IMG/VR virus record: IMGVR_UViG_3300025572_000450
Source of the DNA: an uncultured virus (IMG/VR IMGVR_UViG_3300025572_000450)
Taxonomy: Duplodnaviria; Heunggongvirae; Uroviricota; Caudoviricetes
DNA: 64,000 nt
Strand: one strand, 5' to 3'
The translations under genes and the position numbers were made by a program. The notes beneath the pieces were generated by a model. That model did no database searches and was not told where the DNA came from. It saw nothing but the letters and a program-made list of their open reading frames with translations. Below are positions 26,573 to 36,518 of this stretch, one piece after another (position 1 is the first letter of the stretch; each line of letters opens with the position of its first letter).

Positions 26573-29500
26573 ATGGCAATTCAGGCAGCAGAAATCCGAG
26601 CGGATGTTGTAGCAAACACAAATCAGGCAGTCGCAAACCTGAATGAAGTGTGGTCAATCATTCAGCGTATGGAAAATGCTGCTGGATCTGGCCTCGACTA
26701 TGTTATCACTGTCGATACTGATAATGCGAAAGCTGCTCTCGATAGTTTATTCCAAGGTGACAACCAATCCGAACCACCTACAATCACCCCTCAAGTAGAC
26801 GAAGCTGCTTCTATTCAGCAAATGGTAGCGCTACTTACCGAGTTGCGCGATCTTGCTGCGGCGAACCAGCCTAAAGTTGAGCCAGATGTAGACACCAAGA
26901 AGCCAAAAGATGCCCTTAAAGAGTTCCTTAAATACGCTCTAGACACATCTACAGAGATTGCGAACTCCTTCAACGAAATCAGTGCAGCACTTAGTACGGC
27001 TATAGCGCCAATTCAGGGCGTTGTTGCTGCTGGCCTCGAAGCGCACAACTCATACACTATGCTCTCGCAGTCGCTTGAAGCGCTGACCGCGCGAGAGCTG
27101 CTGCATGCAGGAACCGTGACAGAAATGTCTGAGGCACTTGCGCTAGCGGCTCCAAAAGCAAAAGAGCTATTAGATTGGAACCGAGAGTTGGCCTTGAACT
27201 CTCCTTTTAGCGAGGAGGGCGTGGCGGAGGCATTCAAGATGGCTCAGGCTTTCGGCTTTGTGACTGAAAGTGCCAATGAGAATGTCATCTCAGCCAAGCG
27301 GCTAACGGAAGCGCTCATCGACTATACCGTTGCGACTGGTAACAGTGAAGAGATGATGAGCAGGCTCCAGCTCGCTTTGGGCCAGATCCAAGCGAAAGGC
27401 AAGCTAGCTGGTGATGAAGTGCTGCAATTGGTCGAGGCTGGTGTCAACGTCGATAAAATCCTTGCAGATGCCTTTGGCAAATCCAGAGAAGAGATCGTGC
27501 AGATGCGCGAGAAAGGTCTTATCCCCGCGAACGATGCAATTTTGGCGATCGTTCAGTCGATGGAGCGCGATTATGAAGGGGCTGCCGAGCGCATGTCCAA
27601 CACCATGGCTGGTGTTCAGAATGCCATGGACGATCTTACCAAGGTGGCGCTGCGCGAGTTTTTTGAATCAACCTTCACTGCGATAACCCCTATTCTTGCA
27701 GACTTCATTGACACGTTATCTGATCCAGATAACTTAGCAAAGATCAACGCATGGGGCGAAAGGCTTGGCGAAGGCGTTGTTGTTGTGCTCCCCATGTTGA
27801 TCGATGGAGCAAGCAAGACAGCTGAAGCCCTTGAAACCTTGTATTCAGCAGGTTCAGCTGTTGTAGACCTAATTGGGGATAAAGCAGGCCCTCTCTTCAT
27901 GGGTGCGACCAGTGCGATTGTCGCTTATACCGCTGCGACTACCGCAGCGAATATACAAACTGCACTCTTTGCCGCGACCTCACAGACACAGCTCATTCCT
28001 GCCCTTACAACGTTGGCTTCATCTATTGGAGCTAGTGCAGCAGCGACAGCACTGGCCGCTGGACCCTATATCGCTTTTGCAGCTGCTGTAGCTGGCGTAA
28101 CTTGGGCCATCAACGATCTCAACAAGAAGATCGATGAGGGCGTTGCCAAAGCTGCAAATCATTCCGAGGGCTACAGGGATAGCTCTGCTGTGTTGGCCGA
28201 ATTTGAGCAAGCTTCAGTAAGGACGAAGGAAGCCCTTCAAGGCAATATCGATGCCTTAAAACATAATCGAGAAGCTTTTGAGCAGCAGATTGAGAATGTT
28301 GGTCGGCTTGGCCTTATTTATGGTGAAAATTCACCAAAATATGCCGAAGCCTATGAGAAGATGCTCAACATGTCGAAGCAGTTGGAAGCAGACAGTGAGC
28401 TGATCCGTGGTCAAATTTCAGATTTAGAAGCCCATAATCGGGCTGTTTCTGAGAGCACACAAGCTATAGAAGGCCAAACGAACGCACAGAAGGGCTTAGG
28501 CATGAGTCTCTCTCTAACAGGAGAGGCTTTAAGGCAGTACAACGAGCAAATTAAGGAGATTAACGCTGAAGGTGCTGAATCGTGGCGCTCTTTGCAGGAT
28601 CTGTATGCAGAAGAAGATGCGGCGGCAGAGGAGCGAGCGGCAGAACACGAGGCGAAACTCCTAGCGATCCAAGAAGCAGCTGCTGAAAATGCTGAGGAGC
28701 AGCTAGCCAAACACTTAGACAAGCTTGCCGAGATCGAGGACTCTGGCCAAGAGAAACGAGAGGCGATCAACGAGCAGTTCGCTGAAGCGATTCAGGCGGC
28801 CCAGAAGAAATACCAAGAGGGTATGGAAGAGGCTGCAACTCAGCATGCTGATCGTTTGTTAGAGCTGGAAGAGAAAGCAGCATCAAACCGAGAAAAAGCA
28901 GCAGAAGCTCTTGCAAAGAAGCTGCAAGAACTTGCTGCATCGCACCAGCAAGCACAGTTGGACGCTGAAGCAAATTATCAGCAGAAATTGCTTGATATTA
29001 CTGAACAGGCTAACGAAAAGCGAGCAGATCTTGCCGAGCGATCAGCGGCCAAAATTGCAGATCTAGAGCGACAGATTGCAGGACTCAACGACGATGAGGC
29101 ACGCGCCGCTATTAAAAAGAAGATCGACGCCGAAAATGAGAGCTATGCCGAGCGCTTGGCGAATTTAGAAGATTCTAAAGAAGCCCGTATTGCTTCTGAA
29201 GAAAAAGAATTTGAGAAGCGTCTCGCAAATCTAGAGAAAAACACGCAGAAATCGCTTGAAAAAGAACGCCAGAGCTATGCAGATCGCCTTATTGCACTAC
29301 AAAACAGTTTAGAAAACCTCAAGGCAACCGAGGAACAGAACTACGAAACTCGTCTTGCAAATCAAGAGGCCAAGACCGCTGCGGCTCTTGCTAAGCTTGA
29401 GGAACTATACCAAACCAATCAGGAGCGTTTGAATTCGATCCTTTATCAAGGTCAGAAGCAAATATCTGATTACACAGAAGATCACGAGGATCGGCTAGCT

Positions 29501-31405
29501 AATATTCGCGAGAATGGTAATGACAAGCAGCTTGCTCTCGATCTTGAGCATGCAGAAGCGATTGCTGCGCTTGAGAAAGAAGCACGACAGGCACGCTTCT
29601 ATTGGCAACAACAAGCAATCTTTGAGGAAATAGAGCTGCTCAATCAAGCATACGCGAAAGAGAGTCAAGCTATAGCTGATGCTGTAGCAAAACAAGAGGC
29701 TGCCGAGATCGCTGCATATGAAAAGCGCAAAGGTCGCATGGAGCGTGACCTCCAAGAGCGCTTAGATGCTGAGCAAGCAGCCGCAGAGAAGCGATTAGCG
29801 CAAGCACAAGCAAATCTTGAGAATGAGCAAGCTATTTATGAGAGGCTTGCAGCTGAACATAAAGCTAAATTGTTGGCGATCGATGAAGACTACCAACTAG
29901 CTCTTGAAGAATTGCAGGAAGCCCATGCGGCTAACAATGCGCAGATTCTTGCAAATCAAGCAGAGAACATTGAGGCGCTAACAGCAGAGCACAAAGAGCG
30001 CTTGCTCAAATATGAAGATGCATGGCGCGAAAGCGTTCTTCAAGCTGAAAGCGCGCACCAGAAGAAGCTAACGGCGCTCAATGAGGAGATGAATGAAGAT
30101 CGACTCTCTAAGCAGATTGAAGCGCTTCAGGCCAAGATTGAAGCTGAACGAGCTTCTTATGAAGCCTCTCTTATCGATCTGGATGAGAACGTTGCCAAAC
30201 AAATTGAAAAAGCTCAAATTGCCTTAGATAAGAAGAGTGCCGATCTTGATAAAGCGCTGGAACGCGATACCGCAAAACAACGAGCGGCTTATCAAGAGCG
30301 TTTGCTTGACATAGATGAGAGTTTGGCAGAGGCGCAAGAGAAAGAGAATGCCTCTTACGAAAAACGACAAGCTGATTTGCAATCGGCCCTAGATAAAGCT
30401 ATCGAGACTGCCAACACTTCTTATACAAAGCGCTTAGATGAGTTAGATAAGACGCTCGCAAAGCAGCGATCGAAAGAAGAGGCTGCATATCTCCAGCAAC
30501 AAGCTTCTTTGCAAAAAAGCTTAGATGAAAAGCTGCTGGCCGAACAGCTCGCTTATGAAAAAGCTCAACAGCGGGCTGACGAGTATTATGCAGAGCGAGA
30601 ACAGGCGCAGTTGAAGCATTTGGGCCAGATGCTTGATGACTATTTGGCCGCTCAACAACAGCGCTATCCTCATCTAGTTGAATCTATCGAAAAAGAACGC
30701 AAGAAGATCCAAGAGGAGTACGGTCTAATCGATCACGAGGCCAACAGGGCTTGGGCCAACATTGCTGAGTACACGCTTCGAGCCACTGGTGCGATTACTC
30801 CTCAAATGGAAGCCCAAACAGCTAAGATCCGCGATCTTCATGATCGGCTCTTAGAGCAGCGTGATGCGAATTTTAAAGCTATTGATGCGACCCAGACTTA
30901 TAACAGTAAGCTGGAAGATTCAAAGCAGGCTCTTGACTTTTGGACTGGTGCTAGTAAGCCTTACATTGTTCAGCTCGATGATATGAACAATCGCTTAGGC
31001 ACTACTGAGAGTCGATTGCAAGGAACGACCACAGGTACACGTACTTGGATCGACGCCTTGCTAGACTTTCCGAGCTGGCTCTTTGGAGGTGGCTCTGGAT
31101 CAAACAACTCAATCGAAGGTCGTGCAAGTGGTGGCCCAGTCAAGGCAGGTAAGGTCTATGAGATCAATGAGACTGGCCAAGAGTATTTCATGCCTTATCA
31201 AGATGGAACTATCTTGCCAGCAGGCAGTTTGGTTCCGAGTAGCACGGCAGCAGCTTACGGCGGTAACAACGGTTCGCGCTCTGAGCCGATCACTATTCAG
31301 ATCTATCCGCAAGCTATGTTTACGACCGAGCGAGACTTGATCGAATTCATTCGTGAAGGTCTTAAAGAGCGTGGCCGTGTGAATGGCTATGAGGTACAGG
31401 TGTAG
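26573..31405 (+). CDS. Tape measure protein
   Basis: 1610 aa; ALGQIQAKGKLAGDE tape domain, long coiled coil, RASGGPV..INETGQE. Confidence 0.95.
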   Translation: MAIQAAEIRADVVANTNQAVANLNEVWSIIQRMENAAGSGLDYVITVDTDNAKAALDSLFQGDNQSEPPTITPQVDEAASIQQMVALLTELRDLAAANQPKVEPDVDTKKPKDALKEFLKYALDTSTEIANSFNEISAALSTAIAPIQGVVAAGLEAHNSYTMLSQSLEALTARELLHAGTVTEMSEALALAAPKAKELLDWNRELALNSPFSEEGVAEAFKMAQAFGFVTESANENVISAKRLTEALIDYTVATGNSEEMMSRLQLALGQIQAKGKLAGDEVLQLVEAGVNVDKILADAFGKSREEIVQMREKGLIPANDAILAIVQSMERDYEGAAERMSNTMAGVQNAMDDLTKVALREFFESTFTAITPILADFIDTLSDPDNLAKINAWGERLGEGVVVVLPMLIDGASKTAEALETLYSAGSAVVDLIGDKAGPLFMGATSAIVAYTAATTAANIQTALFAATSQTQLIPALTTLASSIGASAAATALAAGPYIAFAAAVAGVTWAINDLNKKIDEGVAKAANHSEGYRDSSAVLAEFEQASVRTKEALQGNIDALKHNREAFEQQIENVGRLGLIYGENSPKYAEAYEKMLNMSKQLEADSELIRGQISDLEAHNRAVSESTQAIEGQTNAQKGLGMSLSLTGEALRQYNEQIKEINAEGAESWRSLQDLYAEEDAAAEERAAEHEAKLLAIQEAAAENAEEQLAKHLDKLAEIEDSGQEKREAINEQFAEAIQAAQKKYQEGMEEAATQHADRLLELEEKAASNREKAAEALAKKLQELAASHQQAQLDAEANYQQKLLDITEQANEKRADLAERSAAKIADLERQIAGLNDDEARAAIKKKIDAENESYAERLANLEDSKEARIASEEKEFEKRLANLEKNTQKSLEKERQSYADRLIALQNSLENLKATEEQNYETRLANQEAKTAAALAKLEELYQTNQERLNSILYQGQKQISDYTEDHEDRLANIRENGNDKQLALDLEHAEAIAALEKEARQARFYWQQQAIFEEIELLNQAYAKESQAIADAVAKQEAAEIAAYEKRKGRMERDLQERLDAEQAAAEKRLAQAQANLENEQAIYERLAAEHKAKLLAIDEDYQLALEELQEAHAANNAQILANQAENIEALTAEHKERLLKYEDAWRESVLQAESAHQKKLTALNEEMNEDRLSKQIEALQAKIEAERASYEASLIDLDENVAKQIEKAQIALDKKSADLDKALERDTAKQRAAYQERLLDIDESLAEAQEKENASYEKRQADLQSALDKAIETANTSYTKRLDELDKTLAKQRSKEEAAYLQQQASLQKSLDEKLLAEQLAYEKAQQRADEYYAEREQAQLKHLGQMLDDYLAAQQQRYPHLVESIEKERKKIQEEYGLIDHEANRAWANIAEYTLRATGAITPQMEAQTAKIRDLHDRLLEQRDANFKAIDATQTYNSKLEDSKQALDFWTGASKPYIVQLDDMNNRLGTTESRLQGTTTGTRTWIDALLDFPSWLFGGGSGSNNSIEGRASGGPVKAGKVYEINETGQEYFMPYQDGTILPAGSLVPSSTAAAYGGNNGSRSEPITIQIYPQAMFTTERDLIEFIREGLKERGRVNGYEVQV

Positions 31406-31411
31406 TGTAGT

Positions 31412-33277
31412 ATGGCCGATCCTGATATTAAAGTTGAAGTAAGTTTTACGTCTACACCTTCAGAAGCTGATGTGTGGACTGATATTTCAGATTATGTGCA
31501 AGACGATGGAATTGTCATCCGACGTGGTAGCAATGATGAATTGGAACCCTTAGTATCGTCTTCACTTAATCTGGTCTTGGATAATCGCCTACTTCATTTT
31601 GATCCAGAAAATGAGGCTAGTCCATTTTATCCAAACGTTCGACCTATGAAACATATCCGTGTTCAAGCGCTGTATGATGGTGAATACCTGCCGCTCTTTG
31701 ATGGATATGTACAATCTTGGAACCCAATGCGCGCAGGTTTTGGTTATGCGCTCACAATGGTATCAGCTGTAGACGCCCTCGGCGCTGCGCTAGCACAAGC
31801 AAAGTTCCCAGAGCAGCTATTCATTGTGCGCAATGCCCCTTTTCAGGCTACAACCTATAACGCGCTAAACGGATCGACCGATTTACCTGGTGACAATCCA
31901 ACTGGATCGTATATGACGAATGTTCGTTTTCCCAACTCCATTGCGAGCATGACAGGAGGAACATTCAAAATAAAGATATTTGACAAGGAGACGCCAGATT
32001 TACCATATAACATTACCATTCAAGAAACAATAGACATTCTTGAGGGTACTGGCATGGTAGAGCCAAATACCATCTTTGTCAGCACGCTCTTATCTACTGG
32101 CGTGGATTTAAACAATCCACTGTTTAGTGACGCAATTCTCCACTTTGGTGGAGAGTATATTTATCGCGATATTTCGATTCAAGTCAGGCTTACAGATATA
32201 GCTATTACTCCATCTGGAGTAAATACGAATCTCAGAAAGCATATTCCCGATGCGACCGTGGTTGGTGTACTTCAACGAATTGAAGGTAGGCCGATTCAAG
32301 TACGTCTCATCACTCCACGAGGTATCTATGGATCGCTTCGTGTTGGTGTATCTGGGCTTGTGGCAAATTCTCGCGAAATACGCATGGAGTGGCATACCTT
32401 TACAAATGCCGATCCTCGGATCATCTTGATTTCGGCGGAATTTTCGCAAGTGTTTCGCGTCACAATCCAAGGTTATACCGATTCCCGAAACGCGGAAAAT
32501 AGTGCTGAAGTAAGTATCCTTAATGGAGATCTTGCATCGGATTATAGCGGGATTATGGCTCGAAGAGCTGCTCGCTGGGCTGGATGGAAGGGTAACATTG
32601 AAGCTGAACGAGGTATATCTCAGTTAGCATCTGTCAACGTTGTTGGAAAAAGCATGCTTGATGTGCTTGGCCTGATAGCGCGCAGCGAGAGCGGTAAGGT
32701 CTTTGTGGCTCGTGATGGCACTCTTACTTTCAAGAGTCGAGCTGCATCTCGCGGTGAAAGCAAGGCGGTCTTTGGTGGTAGTGGAGGCCTGCCTTTTGAG
32801 AGTGTGTCATTGACATACGACGAGCGCTATATCCGAAATAGCGTTACCGTGCAGGCTATTGAAGGGGTTCCGCAGAATATTCAAGATCAATCAAGCATCG
32901 AGCGCTATTTCATCAGAACATATAGCGAATCAGGCATGCTTATCATCACAAATCTTGAGGCCATGAGCCGTGCTCGCTATTTGTTGGGCCGCTATAAAGA
33001 GCCAACAATGCGCGTTAACGCATTGATCTTGCGACCTGATCTAGACCCAGACAATTTATGGCCCGTCTTTTTCAGTTGCGATCTTGCAGATAAAATCACT
33101 TTATTTTATCAACCCATGCCTAGCGTGACTCGCAAATTGGATCTGGTGATCCAAGGTGTTACAATTACGCTAAAAAGAGGCCAATGGCAAGCAGTGTGGA
33201 ACTGTTCTGTCGCAGAGCCAAATATTTTCATTCTGGATCATTCTCTTTTGGATGGCCCTGACATCTTGTTGTATTGA
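31412..33277 (+). CDS. Tail tip/hub protein
   Basis: WTDISDYV..IRRG..LDN; follows the tape measure. Confidence 0.75.
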   Translation: MADPDIKVEVSFTSTPSEADVWTDISDYVQDDGIVIRRGSNDELEPLVSSSLNLVLDNRLLHFDPENEASPFYPNVRPMKHIRVQALYDGEYLPLFDGYVQSWNPMRAGFGYALTMVSAVDALGAALAQAKFPEQLFIVRNAPFQATTYNALNGSTDLPGDNPTGSYMTNVRFPNSIASMTGGTFKIKIFDKETPDLPYNITIQETIDILEGTGMVEPNTIFVSTLLSTGVDLNNPLFSDAILHFGGEYIYRDISIQVRLTDIAITPSGVNTNLRKHIPDATVVGVLQRIEGRPIQVRLITPRGIYGSLRVGVSGLVANSREIRMEWHTFTNADPRIILISAEFSQVFRVTIQGYTDSRNAENSAEVSILNGDLASDYSGIMARRAARWAGWKGNIEAERGISQLASVNVVGKSMLDVLGLIARSESGKVFVARDGTLTFKSRAASRGESKAVFGGSGGLPFESVSLTYDERYIRNSVTVQAIEGVPQNIQDQSSIERYFIRTYSESGMLIITNLEAMSRARYLLGRYKEPTMRVNALILRPDLDPDNLWPVFFSCDLADKITLFYQPMPSVTRKLDLVIQGVTITLKRGQWQAVWNCSVAEPNIFILDHSLLDGPDILLY

Positions 33278-33284
33278 GGTTCTG

Positions 33285-34538
33285 ATGGCCCTATCTCCCA
33301 TTTTTGCAACTAAAGAGTTTGAATCGACGACTGCATTACCTGCAAGCGATCTCAATCAGTATGTCTCTAATTCCCTACTGTACCTGCATCGATTCCAAGG
33401 CGAGCAGGCTACAGACTGGCCGCTTTCACCAGCGGTCAATCAGCGTGTGTATCGATCAGATTTTCGCGCCGATTTTGTTTATGACGGAACGACGTGGATG
33501 CAGACAAGCGTCGGTTCGTTTGATGGAATCTACCCGAGCAGTCCAATAGTAAATCTACGTGTCTATCGTACTGATCTAGCTCAAGAGCGGGTCTGGAACG
33601 GATCAGTATGGGTAACAACTACCTCTGTTGCTAGTGGGAATGTTACTGGCGTCCTGCCAGCAGCCAATGGAGGTACAGGCGTTAACAATGGCTCCAACAC
33701 TCTTACAATCCCTGCAAGTGGCACAGCTGTTTTGCGTTCTGGCAGTGGCACAGCTGGTCGTGTTGCGTTGTGGTCGAATGCTAATGAGATTGGCAATGAT
33801 GGCAATTTGACCTATGGCAGTAATACATTAAATGCACCAAATCTAAATGTTTCGGGCAATGTTATTGCAGGCCTATTTGCTATTGGTGTCACAACGCCTG
33901 CCCGACCAGTCCACATTAGGCATGTAGGCGCTTCAATGCTATTCCAGCGACTTGACGGCGCATTGCCTGGCTTTTTCCTATCGGTCTTCTCTTTGGACAA
34001 TCTAGACACACCTACAAAGGTCTTCTATTTGGGAGGCATTGGTAATGACAGCGTTGGTTTCCGTGATCATGGCACTACAGAAGGTGGTGGTGGAACGGTT
34101 CGGCTTCGTGTAACAGGAACTGGATCGGTGCTTATTGGCCGCGATACAGGTTTAACTGGTGCAGGAGATTTAGATGTGAATGGTAATCTCCGTATCGGGA
34201 ACAACCTGACTCTGACCAGTGGCACTCTAATCGTATCAAGCGGAGGTATTTCTGCTGTAAACGGATATATCAGTGGTCAGAATTTGAGTGCTTCCAACTC
34301 GTTAGGTACGGGAGGGAACGCGTATATAGGAGGAAATCTCAGTGTGACAGGCAATATTACCGGTTCAGCCTCGGGCGGCAGCGCAGTCAGGCTATCAAAC
34401 GGAGCCGCATTTTTCGCGGGTGTTGGTTACGCCAATCGACCGAGCGTTATCGGGTCACGTGATGGAAATCCTGCGCTTACAAGTCTGCTAATTGTACTTG
34501 ACAGCTACGGCCTTATTTACAACAATACGACTGCATAG
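33285..34538 (+). CDS. Tail fibre or receptor-binding protein
   Basis: GVLPAANGGTG and Gly-rich beta repeats. Confidence 0.75.
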   Translation: MALSPIFATKEFESTTALPASDLNQYVSNSLLYLHRFQGEQATDWPLSPAVNQRVYRSDFRADFVYDGTTWMQTSVGSFDGIYPSSPIVNLRVYRTDLAQERVWNGSVWVTTTSVASGNVTGVLPAANGGTGVNNGSNTLTIPASGTAVLRSGSGTAGRVALWSNANEIGNDGNLTYGSNTLNAPNLNVSGNVIAGLFAIGVTTPARPVHIRHVGASMLFQRLDGALPGFFLSVFSLDNLDTPTKVFYLGGIGNDSVGFRDHGTTEGGGGTVRLRVTGTGSVLIGRDTGLTGAGDLDVNGNLRIGNNLTLTSGTLIVSSGGISAVNGYISGQNLSASNSLGTGGNAYIGGNLSVTGNITGSASGGSAVRLSNGAAFFAGVGYANRPSVIGSRDGNPALTSLLIVLDSYGLIYNNTTA

Positions 34539-34546
34539 GAGAAAAT

Positions 34547-34861
34547 ATGTTTTTTCAAGATTCTGAGGCCATTCAATCGATCTATCAAGCTTCTGGATTA
34601 CGCAATGCTTTGGTGTCGATATATAGTGCAGCAAAGAGTGTAGAACATCTTCTGAACCTTTATTCAGAAGGAACAGACCCTACTTTTAATGCTGTCATTG
34701 ACACCTTGTATAATGAGCAGGAAAAAGGCGAGCTGGCTGCAATGCTAACGACAATTTCCTTGTTAATCGAGGATTGGGAGAAGAATCATCGAGCAGCTAT
34801 CAATTTAGAGCCTATTGAAGACCCAGAGGGACAAGGCGACTTAGAAGGTCAGGAGGAATAA
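34547..34861 (+). CDS. Hypothetical protein (possible fibre chaperone)
   Basis: AGGAG RBS; follows the fibre gene. Confidence 0.55.
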   Translation: MFFQDSEAIQSIYQASGLRNALVSIYSAAKSVEHLLNLYSEGTDPTFNAVIDTLYNEQEKGELAAMLTTISLLIEDWEKNHRAAINLEPIEDPEGQGDLEGQEE

Positions 34862-34866
34862 CTATA

Positions 34867-35064
34867 GTGTTAACCGCAGCATTAGACCAAAAGCTTAAAG
34901 AATATCAAGCTGAACGAGATCAAGTCTATTTGCGCGTTTGTGCAAGTGATGAGTATCAGCGATTGGTCTCGTTAGATGGTTCCATCGCAGCATTGACTGC
35001 TTTGAAAAACGAGGCTAACGAGCAGCCTGAGCAGGGAGATGAGCAGCTCTTGAACGAAAGCTAG
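34867..35064 (+). CDS. Small coiled-coil protein
   Basis: GGAGG RBS; last gene of the tail operon. Confidence 0.5.
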   Translation: MLTAALDQKLKEYQAERDQVYLRVCASDEYQRLVSLDGSIAALTALKNEANEQPEQGDEQLLNES

Positions 35065-35077
35065 TTTTTTTAAGTCG

Positions 35078-35131
35078 TATATGCCAGATATGTCATTATT
35101 TCTTGACACAATGACATATCTGGCATATAAT
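35078..35131 (+). promoter_or_regulatory. Consensus promoter embedded in a perfect 20-bp inverted repeat
   Basis: TTGACA 35103-08, 17-bp spacer, TATAAT 35126-31; arms 35078-97 and 35110-29. Confidence 0.9.
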
Positions 35132-35138
35132 TTGATCA

Positions 35139-35375
35139 ATGGATACGCACAGTACGGATTGTACGGATTTTATGGACACACCAGATCAAGTAGAAACAGC
35201 CGAACTGAGTACCGAGCAGGTCGCTGATCAGCTTGGGGTTTCGTCAGCAACAATACGACGCTATGCACGTTGCGGCTTGCTCGATTATCAAACTAAGTGG
35301 ATTGGTCTAAAAAAAGAATACCGCTTCACATTAGAAGCGGTACGACGGTTTCGCGATCAAGCTCAAAATAACTAG
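35139..35375 (+). CDS. MerR/excisionase-type HTH protein
   Basis: LSTEQVADQLGVSSATIRRYARCG..YRF. Confidence 0.8.
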   Translation: MDTHSTDCTDFMDTPDQVETAELSTEQVADQLGVSSATIRRYARCGLLDYQTKWIGLKKEYRFTLEAVRRFRDQAQNN

Positions 35376-35492
35376 CGGTGACGGCACTCTGTCAAAACGA
35401 CGCCACCGCTAGCAGGTTGAAGAATGCACGTTTTGCGTGCTTAGCTTCGTGTGCCATTATACCAGATATGGCACACCACTTGAAGGTGAAAA

Positions 35493-36506
35493 ATGTTTCA
35501 GGCTACAGAACAGCAATCGAAACGCCCTCGATTACTACCGCCGATAGAACCCACGCAATTTCCATTCAAAAATGGTAAGACCATCTGGAATGGTCTTTAT
35601 GGCCACCTCGATCTTAAAGAACGCCCAACCTTTTGCACCCTCTATATATCGATCGATCCTCTAGCGATACAGATAGATGACGTTAATCGTGCAGAGAATG
35701 CCAATATCGACGTGCTAAATGACAAACGGATTAATGAAGCTGTTATTCAGCCTCTGCTAGCGCTTTTGTCTGACATCTACGAAGTTCCTCCAGCTCTGTG
35801 TTTAACGGAACGGGGAGAAATGTGGGTTATGACCAAAGCTGATGCGATTGAAACTATCCATCGAGGCTATGCACCTGGCTCCAAGATAGAAATTCCAAAG
35901 GTTTTCGAATGGAGTTGGATGTTTTGTAGCAAATTTTCATCAGTTGAGTTTGGCCAAAATCCTGTTGTCAAGAGCGTTGGAATGGTTTTGTTTGGTGTTT
36001 TCTTGCTCCTTTTGGTGGGCGTATTGCGCATTATGGCCATTGCTACTAGCGCTGTCGCTGAACCAATTGAGAAGCTGTTGCTTAATTTGGAACCGAACGG
36101 GGACTATTACTACGTTGCAGCTCTTATTGCATTGGCTTGGCAGGCTATCAATTTGTTGTTTCTCTTCCCACCTGCCCGAAAAGCAGTAATTGTTATCGTA
36201 GTAATTAATTGCCTTGTTAGCGTTGTCTACGCTTATTTTGACGGTGCTTCATGGGCCATGATAGCTGCTCATCCTATTATCGTGATTGGTCTCTACACTC
36301 TACCCGTTTTCGTCATCCTTTATCTCGTTGGCAATGTGATCTTCTTGTCTCCAATTTTGACATGGCTGCCGAATCAAGCAGGGAAAATAGCAGCTTTGAG
36401 TATCAACCGCTACAAACTTGAGCGCCACCTTGCGCAGTACGACTATCAACAAAAACTTAATCAAGACATACGGGTTTTGAAGCGGGAGACTCGCTACTTA
36501 CCATAA
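35493..36506 (+). CDS. Multi-pass membrane protein of the transfer-like operon
   Basis: Four to five hydrophobic segments in the C-terminal half. Confidence 0.7.
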   Translation: MFQATEQQSKRPRLLPPIEPTQFPFKNGKTIWNGLYGHLDLKERPTFCTLYISIDPLAIQIDDVNRAENANIDVLNDKRINEAVIQPLLALLSDIYEVPPALCLTERGEMWVMTKADAIETIHRGYAPGSKIEIPKVFEWSWMFCSKFSSVEFGQNPVVKSVGMVLFGVFLLLLVGVLRIMAIATSAVAEPIEKLLLNLEPNGDYYYVAALIALAWQAINLLFLFPPARKAVIVIVVINCLVSVVYAYFDGASWAMIAAHPIIVIGLYTLPVFVILYLVGNVIFLSPILTWLPNQAGKIAALSINRYKLERHLAQYDYQQKLNQDIRVLKRETRYLP

Positions 36507-36518
36507 AGGAATAAAGCA

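Noticed and set aside
33285..35064. Diversity-generating retroelement at the tail fibre
   Set aside because: No reverse transcriptase and no template/variable repeat pair were seen.
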